A DNA stretch of 64,000 nucleotides, from positions 1 to 64,000 of the forward strand of contig OZ237750.1 of NCBI GenBank assembly GCA_965178125.1. Direction: 5' to 3'. Position 1 is the stretch's first letter. Each line of letters starts with the position of its first letter. This document shows, one piece after another, positions 24,852 to 36,300 of the stretch. A program made the translations under genes and the position numbers. Origin of the DNA: Bilabrum cf. latius (Eukaryota). Under the pieces are notes generated by a model, which saw nothing but the letters and a program-made list of their open reading frames with translations, had not been told where the DNA came from and did not search any database.

Positions 24852-26030
24852 ATGTCTGCATTTAGCGAACGTTTTGGTATACGATCAAGTTCAGCTGGAC
24901 CGGCGCGAAAGTCCAGAAAGAGAAGGCGGTCTGTGCTGGATGCTTTTGTCGGGTATATTGAGGACACAATCCCTCAACTAGGAATGCTGTTGCCGAAGTC
25001 AAGCTCCAAAGTACAGGATGATGATAACTTCGACAGTGATCAATCGCCGGAGGCAAGTCAGTCTGGAGTAGCGCAGCAGCCAAGGTCGGCCATGAAGCGA
25101 CGAAGACGAGAGCACCGACCAATCTCAGAAGCACGTCTGGACACGGCATCCAAATCTGCGGTCAAATTCTAGCGCGGCAAAAATCTGCAACAGGTCCGCA
25201 ACTTTGAGAAGTCCGGCCCAGCCTCTGCAGTTAGAAGCCGGCCGCAGATTCAAGCGGTTGGGGCAAATGAGGAGGGAGACCAGGCAAACTTCCGTCGTGC
25301 ATTGCGGTTTGATGATGTAGTATCGAGTTCCAAGCCGAATGCTGCGGATACCTCCCCTGATCGGTCCGACGTGGCGGACGTATCTGGTGCCGACCGCGGC
25401 ACCGTCGCTTCTCAAGGCACGGAATTGCGTTTGCACCCTGTGACCATCAGGGTCGCACCCGGAGCCATGATGTGCAAGCTACTGCCTCGACTTCGGCGAA
25501 AACGCTCTTGGATTGCCTCGGCTTCATCAGGTACGTCCAGGCTCGAGCTTGTGTAGCACGGCAAGCCATTGCTAAGTCGACACAACGATCCACAGCCCTT
25601 GGAAACCGTGTTTGACACGTTTATTGTGTCGAAGTACGAGAATTCAGCGTTTGGAATGGTGGGAAGGAGGAAGCCGCAACGCATGGGGACTGTCGGTCTG
25701 TCAAAGCTCACTGAAGAATCTGTTCGATCGACAGAAGCACGAGAACATGAATAGAAGACACGTGGTGATGTCAGTATCGCGTCGGGTGACGATCTTGTGT
25801 CTCAAATAATCCGCACTGTAGTAAGTGTTGACCAAGCTCCAGCGTCCAAGTCCACAGAGATTGGCTCTGAATCAGACGAAATTATTGGAGATGTCATGTT
25901 GCGCCCAAGCCGTAAGAAGAGGCAGCATCAATCAATCGTACCCTCTCCTAGATTCGAATTTGCCGAGGCGTAGAGGTTGGTGTCTCCAGGTAAAGTGAAA
26001 GGTAGCGCACGAAAGGCATACATATTCTGA
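24852..26030 (+). CDS. Hypothetical basic/Ser-rich protein (possible NLS motifs); 3' end uncertain
   Basis: ORFs at 24852, 25302 and 25569 are in one frame linked by TAG. First TGA is at 26028-26030, but a possible splice donor (CAG/GTAAAG) lies near 25990. Confidence 0.55.
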
Positions 26031-26144
26031 CTGTTAGTTTGTCTTGGAGTGTCCGAAATGCATTGTCAAATAGTATATACATTTTGTCTAGGCAATGATA
26101 CAACCAGAAGCCGTTGCAAGCCTCCCCATAATCGACCGTGTTCG

Positions 26145-26162
26145 ACACACACACACACACAC
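26145..26162. repeat. Short (AC)n microsatellite
   Basis: About 9 AC units. Confidence 0.8.
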
Positions 26163-26398
26163 CCACCCATTCCACAACATCACTAATAGCACCGACTGTC
26201 TTCGCAGGTTATTGGAAATTATAAAATAATTCTACCATTTCGGAAATTTTCTGAATGTACGTAAATTTAGATCATGACAGAGAAACAGAGACTATCATGT
26301 TGTTTGGAGTTTAATATTTCTTTACCACTTCTGGTGATGACATCGAATGGCGGTGTAAGACTTTGACTAGCCATAAGTTAGGGTTTAGGATACTTTCA

Positions 26399-28469
26399 TC
26401 ATGTTATGGTTGTTATTTCATTCACAGTTTCAGCAGCTTTCCAGACATGAGAACAACTCGTGCTAGAACCGAACTTGATTTTCAAATCACAGTCCCCGTA
26501 ATATCCTGAGCATTCAATGCCAGCTAAAACAGGTCCTAGCGCCAAATGGTCCAACACATTTTTGTTTGCCTATGTGCGTCCTGAAATCGATTTTACCGAA
26601 GGTAATCCATCCAAAGTGCAGTGTACAACAAATTGGCTTTTTTAAATGCCTATTCCGAACGGCATTCACATTCATCCAACAGAGAGTAGAAGATACAATG
26701 TTTTTGGAGTTGCCAACATTATGCGAAAATCAATTCTATCTGGAGCATGCAAAGTGTTTGCTTCCCCTACACAGACACAGTACCATCACGCAGGTTCTGG
26801 AATTTCACGGACAGTCGGTGCTATTCGTCATCTGTTGTAGAATTAATGAGAGTGTATCGAATACGAACGATAATTGGAGAGGTTCACGGCAAAACGAATA
26901 CACTATTTGACAAGGTATCGATTAAACTAGCCAGTTCAATGCATTTACTTCACATAGCGCGCCTGAGCAAATAAGCTATTGAGTTGCTGGTACAACGCTT
27001 GAATTCTGTCGAAGTTCATAGACGTTTCCAGGGAAAGAAGCATTGGACTCCACCACGCCAATGGATACTAACACATCCTTACACTCACGAAACCAAGATT
27101 CACCTGCAATCAGCCTCGAACAGAATCGAGCCGCATGTTTCTGGTAGAAATGTACTGCATCTTTCATGAGGACCTAGATTTGTTGTCCTTCATCACCGCC
27201 AATCATGACTTGTACCAGTCCCACTTCGTCTGGAATCTCAACAAGAGCGAGATTGTCGGCTGGATCGGCCGAATCTGCCGAACCTGGAGGTGCCTTGCCT
27301 TTCTTGCCAGTCTTCCCCTTTGCTGGTTTCTTTTTCTTCGCTGGTATGGCGTCTTTTTCACAAGGGGAGATTCTTGGTAATTCAATAAATGGCTCGAATC
27401 CGGCCGTTCTCAAGGCCGATGAGACTACCATTAGAGCAAGCTGCTACATGTCCGCCTCTGGCTCCCAAGACCTGTACTTTTCTGCGGCTGTTGCCTGGAT
27501 ACACACCAATGCATTTTCTGCGTCCTAGGCATTACCAACTGATGCAAAGAGGCAACCAGCTTCTTGTAGTGCGGACTGCGGCGATAAGCTTAGAGAAATA
27601 GAGTACAATTGGCTGTGCTCCAGAGAGTGACTAGCAAGTTACTCAGCTGTGACAGTAGGACTCACGAAAGCCCTGCTTTTGACAGAATCGACAAACTTCT
27701 ATTGTCCGCCGAAGTCGCAAACTATCTCTCTGGAGATCGGTGCACACACACCCACTCTGCTGGCGAGAGCCGAATGCCAACCAGAAGATGCCAAAGAAAT
27801 GTCTGCAGTGGATCCACCTGCCAAAGTGATATAAAGCTCTGATTCGCTTGATCTTGCAACATCTCCAGATGGCTTTTCTGCTGAGATTGCAGGTGCCCCA
27901 GCGAGAGCTTGCCACGCCTACAGCCTCAGGAATAATGGCTTCACAGGAACTAGTGCACCAGACACTGCACACTCTTGCTGAAACCCCTGCACAGCAGCAA
28001 CGGTATGGCATAGGGCGTCTATCACTGCGACCATGGCGTCACTACTAATCAATGGTGCTGCCCTCTCAAGGCATGTGCGGATCGATTTCAGATCATCTGG
28101 AGCTACCCCGATCAGACTACTCAAAGCTGCAGTGTACGCGTGCGAGTCTACTTCGGACACACACCCTTGGATTTCTGTAGCATGAGTCCCTAAGCAAGTC
28201 AAAATTTCGACCCGCACTACGGAATTGGGAGGCCCAGAAACGGTACTTGCTGGTGCACCAGCACCAGCACCCGACGCCGCCCCACCGATTGTCGGGGTAG
28301 GCAGGCCATCGGTGACAAACTATACTCGTTCAATACCACGCTACTGCAAAACCAGCAACTGCAACTGGGTGGCCAAATAGCGCTCTGGGTGGGCTGGTTT
28401 GACGCGAACTAGCTAGTCTGCCAGCATTTGCAATAGCGTTGGCACCTCTTTCTGCTTGAGATAATCCAT
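26399..28469 (-). CDS. Protein with N-terminal RIIa/Dpy-30-like docking motif; possibly a divergent enolase-4-like protein; 3' exons uncertain
   Basis: Begins MDYLKQKEVPTLLQMLAD(Q)LVRVKPAHPERYLA. The frame continues through TAGs; intron 27576-27665 (GTGAGT..CGCAG) removes an in-frame TAA. Contains a KKKKPAKGKTGKKGK insert and a putative last exon DHLALG...IKFGS. Confidence 0.5.
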
Positions 28470-29030
28470 GTCGAAACAACTGACAATTATGAAGTTAGCT
28501 AACTTCTTCAGCAGTGTACAGTCTACTGTTATCCAAGAATGCATCATTGAAACATCAAACGGCCAGGACTCCACCGGCGGGCCGGCGGATGACGAGTGAC
28601 TACACTGTTGGCAATGTATTCGCAAATTGACACAAATCAAACTGTTGCATCGCCTCCTCGCCGCCGCGAACAAATAATGTTGTAGATTTAATGCTATTGT
28701 TCTGGATCAGGTCCGACCCACTCTGATGCGCGCGAATCTACGAGCTGCCTGGTGTCTCAGGCATGCTTTGGTTCCGGCCTCTTGCGAGTAAGCGTGCCGT
28801 GGCGTACTGTTAGATTTCTTAGCTGCACACTCATCTCGGAGTCTGTTCACCATGCCAAAGGCCTCGGCGTTCAAAACCGTTTTGCTCCGACTAGTGGCAT
28901 TGCAGAAGAGTCGCCTTTGCAGTGGCAGCATGCTTCCAATTCAACGAGTGTCTCATCGCTCCCAGTTTTGCTATGACCACACGAGCCCGCGTTTTATTAT
29001 GATGGCGACGAAAGGTGATATTCATTGCAG

Positions 29031-29920
29031 AGGTGTGGGTACGCGTGCAAGCTCAGCAGAGGCTTCGGTTTCTATACCAGCATCCAGCGCTGCGCTGCGC
29101 CCCCTAGGCCGACTTGTTCACCTACAAACCCCAAAAAGCTGATGTGGTGCTGTCCCTTGCATTTTACCTGAGTCGTTTGGACCCTGCTGCAGTGGAAGGC
29201 ACCGTTTGGGAGCAGACCAGTCAGGTCGTGTTCGCGAGCATCGACGATGCAGTGGCGGAAGTCGAGAAAAGAGGGTCTGCCAGTGATGATGCCGATGGCA
29301 TCGTAGCGAAGTCCTCATTCAAAGGCAGCGTCGGTCGCTTGACGCTACGCAGTGCCCATGAAGCCATGGCAATACCTTAGATTGGAACACTGGCAGAGGC
29401 ATCGCGCAACATTATCATACGCAGGTTTTTGGATACCGGCGTGCTCGCGAGAGGTCTGGCTTCAATCAACGGTACTGACTCTTGGGGTTCCATCAAGCTG
29501 TCCGACTGGGTCGATGAGTACAACGAGAAGGACCCGAGCTTCCGAATCGTGATGCGCGCACTTCTCAGACTATTGCAAAAGCGTAATGCCAAGTGGCTAG
29601 AGCAGTACCGGCGAGATCCCATCAAACTGATACCGCCGTCTGCATCCGTGGGTGCCTTGCTTGCAGAGGTCAAGGCCGCAGAAGAAGATGGCGCATCAGC
29701 AGAATTATCCGCGGATGATCTCAAGCCGAAACTCGCTCAGTGGCGGGACGAATAGCTGGTTGGATGCGGGTATGATGTCGAGATGCCATACTCTTCTGTA
29801 GGCAAGCAGGCTCGGGATGCTGAAGTGCAGTTCTTGTCCCCACTCTTTGCCTACATGGCCGAGCAGGAAGAGGCCCGGAGGTTCGCATTCGTGACGAGAA
29901 GGGAAGACGATTCGATATGA
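29031..29920 (+). CDS. Hypothetical protein (last exon; 5' exon(s) probably within 28760-28950)
   Basis: Follows acceptor TTGCAG at 29025-29030. ORFs at 29114 and 29429 are joined by TAG; ends TGA 29918-29920. Confidence 0.55.
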
Positions 29921-30343
29921 CTGGGTAGATCAATAGAGGCGCAGGTGGGGTCCCGCAAGTTCCACTATTCTTCCATCTAGTCGCTGTCGGTCCTAAATTC
30001 TCAATGTTGTGGGTCGCTGGGAGGTTTGGGCCGACCAGCCCGTCGATTCATCTCTTGCTTGCTTGAGTGTTTGCCTCCCACTGCCAAGAGCGTACTGAGC
30101 CATAATTTCCAGAGCCAATGCATTAACATGAGCCTACAAATGGGCTGTTGAACTGCTTTGAAAGCAGTGCTTTCTGCACAGGAAATTTGTTGCGTGGGGT
30201 TTGGGATATATGTGTTTGGGGGCGTTCGTTGCTCACTTCGATAGACCGAGGCATAAGCCGAATCTGCTTGCCAAACACCTAGGCAATAAACGATCGATAT
30301 ACGTTGTGCTGTTTAGGAGTTCAAGAAGGTGCAGTGGCTGGTA

Positions 30344-33300
30344 ATGGCAGCTGCTGACGAGATTCGAGTGCCGATAGCACGGCCTAAACTGGCCACAGCT
30401 GCGAGCAACACGTATGTAGCATTGGAATCACTACAAGCGACGCGTTACCGACATTATCATCTTGTGTGCGTTTTTATTGCAACTTCGGCCTTTTTTGCAG
30501 AGAATGCGACCTTCGCGCTACATGCTGCACGCGGCGCGCGCATGCTGCACCCGCACAAAATAGAATCGTAACTTCAAAGTACACTGTGGTTTCATTCCTA
30601 CCGAAGAGTCTTTGGGAGTAGTTTCGCCGGGCGGCCAATGTTTACTTTCTACTCATCTCCGTTCTGCAACTTACGACGGGGCTGTCGCCGACCAACGAGT
30701 ACTCTACCGTGGTTCCGCTTATCGGGGTAGTTCTTCTGTCCATGATAAAGGAAGGCTACGAAGATTGGCAACGTCATGCAGACGACTCACGCCAGAACAA
30801 TAGGAAATGCCAGGTCCTCCGCCAGTCTGTGGTTCGCGGGCATCCGGCCCGGGGCAGCAGGCCAGCCGGAGAAGCCAATCACTGCGATAGTGAACAGCGT
30901 CGTATGGCCTGGGACCAAACAAGCTGGGAGAACGTGTGCCCAGGGGACATGCTACTCCTACGCAGCGGGGATGAGATACCGTGTGACTGCGTTCTGCTGT
31001 CGACCTCGCAACCGAAAACCGGGGTGGTATACGTGTCCACTTCACAGCTAGATGGTGAAAGCGCCTTGAAACCAAGAGAAGTTCCTGATACCGGTTTTGA
31101 GTTCGGCAAGAGCGTTTCGAGGCTCGGCAGGCTGCGAGGCCATGCGGCATGCGACCATCCCAGCGCGGCCCTGGACGACTTTTCGGGCTCCTTGCACTTG
31201 GTATAGCTGACGCAGAAATCCAAGAACGCTGGAAGTGAGAACGCTGTAACAGACATTGGCATGTAGTAGACTCGTCGCACAAGTGATTAGCAAGATCAGC
31301 CGGAGGTGCTCCCCTCTGGTGTCTCTCGATCGTCTCGGCCGAGCGCTGCACCGGGGACAGCGGTCGACGAAGTCGGCGCTGATGGCATCATCGGGGAGGC
31401 TTAGACGCCAGATCCAGAAAGGGGGCAGTTCCGAGGAAGGGTGTCACTGGCATGGGGAGATAAGGGACAGACCGCAGGCGACGAAGCCGAGGCATCGGCA
31501 GGACAAGACTAGACACCAAGCGGGGCGAGCTCCGTAGTGGCGAGCTTTCGAGCCAACCACACCCTGCTTCGCGGCTCAGCGGTGCGCAATACCAGATGGT
31601 GCGTCGCACTTGCAATCCATACGGGATCCAGAACGAAACTTGCTCTCAACTCGTCCAGCGCGCCCTCGAAGCGGTCCAAGCTAGACGCCGTGGTGGACTC
31701 GGCTGTTACCATCGTGTTCGTGTGCCTGCTCGGGCTTGTGCTGCTCTGCGGGTCCACAAGTAGGACCTGGAGTGTCGCCAACAGAGGTTCTGGCGACTCT
31801 TACTTGCCATTTTTGTCTGAGAGTAGCGCCCTTTCGACGCGCGTGGGCCAGCTGGTGACCTTCCTCATCCTGCTTAACAACTTGGTGCCCATCTCGCTGT
31901 CGGTCACCCTCGAGCTTGTCAAGTGGTGCCAGGCCAGGAGGATTGAGCAGGCGTCCTTAAATGGACCGTTCGGTGATTAGGCGGGGCACACCGGCCAGGG
32001 CAAAGGCGGAGACACCCACGGCGACCCGGTCAAGCCTGGCATCGTGGCTCGCACGTCCAACTTGTCAGAGGACCTGGGGTGCGTCACACACGTGCTGTGC
32101 GACAAAACGGGCACGCTGACTGAGAACCGAATGTAGATGGTGGCATGCTGCATTGCTGGCTCTGTGTTTGGCCGATGGGGCAAGGGTAATCCTGCTGGGC
32201 TCGCCGATGGGGCGGTTGCAGGCGACGAGCCAGATGGAGGCGAGCAGGCCTGCCCTCACGAGGCCGTCGCATTCCGTTCCCGAGAACTCGTGCAGCGTCT
32301 GCATTAGTTACAGCAGACTCGCTCAGGCAGTAGTTCTCCAGAAGTAGCGCCATGCGCGGCAGATGCTCAGGCGCAGGCAATGGCATCGGCATCGGTATCT
32401 CCACCCTTGGGGTCTCTGAACCGCAGCTTCGTGGCATCTGCGGAGCTGGACTTTATGCGAGCCTTATCTCTGTGCAGCACGGTTCTGCCTTCTTCGGCTC
32501 ACTCGGCTGCGTACCACAGCCGGCATGCGCAGGCGGCCAAGATAGTCGGCATCGCAGCGAGTGGAAAGGCTGGTGCGGAGACAAGCCAGGACTCGCAAAG
32601 TGCGCCTCTACGATCATCGACAGTCAGCCAGGAAGGTAACAGAGCCGGTGACACCACCTAGAATAATGAAGGGGTGACCGGTGACGATCCATCGCAATGG
32701 TACCAGGGGACGAGCCCGGACGAGGTCGCTCTGGCAATTGGAGCTCGCGTCATGGGCATGGGGCTCCTAGAGCGAAAGGGAAAGGTTGTCGTCGTGGCAG
32801 CCCGGGAAGGGCGGTCAAAGGAACAGTGGGAGGTGCTGGCTATTAACGCATTCTCGTCGTAGCGGGCTCGAATGAGCGTCTTGGTCTGGAACAAGCAGGA
32901 AGATCGATACGTGTTACTATGCAAGGGCAGCGACCAGGCCATGTTCAAGCGATGCAGCAAGGAGCGCGGGGATACTGGCGCGGTCGAAACTACCAAGTTG
33001 ACCAGGGAGTAGGTCAACAGGTTTGCGAACACCGGTCTTCGCACTTTGGTTTTGGCTCGGAAGGAGCTGAGCGAGTCTCGTGCCCTCTCCTGGCTGGAGA
33101 GGTTTCGGCAGGCCAGCGCGATGCATGGAGCTGCGAGGGAGTATCAGCTGAACCGTGCCGCAGAGTACATTGAGTCAGGACTGGAGCTTCTAGGAGCCGC
33201 AGCAATCGAGGACAGGTTGCAACGAGGTGTGCCGCGGGTATTGGAGCGGCTGCGCAGAGCTGGCTGTCGAGTGTGGATGCTAACTGGTGACAAGCAGCAG

Positions 33301-36300
33301 ACGGCGGTAAGCGTGAGTCTGTCTTCAAAACTGCTCTCCAGCCAGATGCGTAGATTCGTCATCGATGGGGACTCCTTCGAGGAGTGCTGGGAGCAGCTGG
33401 CCCAGGCCCGTGCCGAATTGCGCTCCCTACAGATGTGGTCCCCTGGCTCGCTCACAAAGGGGCTTGCAGTGGTCGTGGAAGGCAAGGCGCTGGAGCATCT
33501 GCTTGATACTGGGGGGAATGGAGCCGATAGCGGAGACGCCCTCGCAGCGTATATTGAGAAAGATAGGCAAGCTCACGGCCAGAAGACCAGGTCGCACAAG
33601 GGGGTGGGTCGGCAGAAGCGCGCACTGGTAAAGTCGATTCTTCCATCCTCTGCCAACAGCTTTTAGTCCGGCGCGGGTAGTACCACAAGTCTGCAGAAGC
33701 CGCCGAGGGGAGGCGGCCCGATTCGGTCCTAGATGGATAATCGTGGCAGCATGAGCAGTGCCCCGATGGAGGTCGAGTCTGTGGCTAGCGATGAGATGGA
33801 TGGCCTTGTTACTAGCCTACGCCCCTCCCGCAGCTCGGTACCGGATAGCACGCCAGCGGCACCACCCCCAGAGTGGCATTCTACCTACATAACTACCGCC
33901 TCGAGTGTAAGCTCAGAAACGTCGGGGTCCGTGTACTCGGCTGTCACATACGACGAGGACCGATCGTGGGGCCGCGGCAAAGATGAGTGGCACGAGGGCA
34001 TGTGCCAGTGCGGCCCGCCCGATGACCCAGCGACTTGGTGTCTGCACCTGTTTGCCTGCACTACTTTGGATTCTGGTCTAGGCGGCACTCACGCACGCCG
34101 CGCAAGATACCGGTGCCGATGCATGGGGATCGAATGTGCAGTGTGCCCCACTGTTCTGACCACCTCTGGATTTGGGCGGCTATCAGCCGTGCACGGGGCC
34201 CCATAGGCATCAATTGGCAGAATCTTGGAGCAACTCTTCTGTCCACCTGTGCTGCATGATGCAGACACGGTCGGGATAGGGGCTGCCCAGCAGGAGAGCC
34301 TGCTACAGAGTGATCCTTGGGATCAGAGCTCAAGCCCGAGCTCGAATGGAAGCAGAAGGACCGGAGTTGCCAATCAGATCATGGAGTTGCTGGAGCAGTG
34401 CGAGGCTGTCGTTGCGTGCCGATTGACTCCATCGCAGAAAGCTTGGCTGGCTTCTAAGGTGAGAGCTCGGGATCCTAGCGCAACCTGCCTAGCTGTTGGG
34501 GATGGCGGGAATGATGTCGGCATGATTCAATCGGCCCACCTGGGGGTCGGTATTTCAGGCAATGAGGGCAGGCAGGCGGTGAACGCGGCTGACTTTGCCA
34601 TTGCAGAGTTCAGCTTCCTTGAGCAACTCATCCTGGTGCATGGTAGGCAGAACTATAGGAGGGTATCTCTCGTGGTCCTGTATTCCTTCTACAAGAATTT
34701 CGTGCTCGTGTTCACGCTGCTGTTCTTCTCCTTTGAGAACGGCTCCTCGGGAACCACGCTGTTTGAGTCATTCCTTGGCACGGGTTGGAACGTCGCATTC
34801 ACGGCGTTCCCCGTCATTGTGGCAGGGGTGCTAGACGAAGACGTCATGTGCAGCTTGGCGCCTAGAATTCCAGAGATATACCGCCCAAGGTCATCTGGTG
34901 AGGTCTTTGCATCGGGAAGGCTACTGCTTTGGGCAGGCAACGGGGTGTGGCATGCCTTCGTTGCATACGTTGTGGCCCGAATGATGATTATGGCCCAGCC
35001 TTCAGATCCCCACGGTCTAGACGGGGGGCTGCTATTCGACGGCACTGCGATAAACATGGCTATTGTGGCCATAGTCAGCGGGAAACTGCTCCTCGAGGTG
35101 CATTCGATCTCTATGCTGCTGCTACTCAGCATCGGCGTGTCCGCATTCCTTTGGCTTCTCTTCGTTTCAGTGTACTAGCACATGTATGCCTGGACTGAGG
35201 TAGATGCATTCCGAGACTTTGAGGGCATTGGGTCTAGAGTGCTTGCTACGCCTTCCGTGTGGCTTAATAGTGGTGCATCTGTTGCTGCCGCGTGGATCGT
35301 GGACTTCGCTCTGGCGGCATGGCAGCGGCAGTCGTACCCCACGCTGGCGCAGGTCTCAGAGGAATGCCTGCAGCTAGGACAGGCCAAGGGAATCGATGAC
35401 GTAACCCAGGGTATGGAAGAGTCTCAGGGCAGATCTAGCCAATTCGCAGACCTCGCCATGGCCATGCAGGTGCCGAAGCGCGCCGTACGCTCCGAAAAAG
35501 AGCCTTCGGTTGCGAGTGCCGGCAGCGGTGGGGGCAGCATCACGTCATTTCAGTCAAAGGATGACATTGAACCGAGTGTGTCAGGTTTGTAGCATCTCCT
35601 CAGTAATTCTGATGACGCGCAGATTCCACTCACTTTCAATGAACACAGAGGTGGAATGGCCGACGGCACCACAGATGAAGTGCGGAGCCTAGACGATGCA
35701 GACGCTGAGGTCGAACATTAGCACAGAGAATAGATGAATCTGCTACGAGCCGTTACTGGATCCGCCCGCCGGGATTTGAAGCTGGTTCTGTGGCTCGAGC
35801 AGCAGGTGGGCCAAGAGGAGCCGCTGTCAGATGCGGTGCTGGCCAGGACGCGAGCGTTAACCAACATAGACAGGGCTTCTCTGGCAGTAAGAACTCGCAA
35901 TGGTGCATTAAAGCACCGCACTGGTGGATCCAGTGCATCTCGCAGTAGTACTGACCAACAACTGGCAAGCCTCAGTGATGCGACGCAAGAAAGCTAGACT
36001 GGAGCAGGCAGCAATATTGCTGCTGAGACCAGCAACGCCGTATCTCCGTCGGAAAAGCGGCGACCTTTGCAGCGTAAAGGCAGCGTAATAGACCTTTCTA
36101 CCCTTGTGGCGCATGATAATGGCGCGGGTGGGCACTCTGGTGCTCCAGCTAGCTCATCGTGGTCCATGGCATGGGCACACGACACGGAGCTGGAGGAGGT
36201 ATTTCGCACTGAGTACTGGATCCCTAAGGCGGTTGTCATTAGTCGCATCGCTCTGATTGCTATGTGCCTCCTAGCGAGCATGTACATTGCATTGGAGCTG

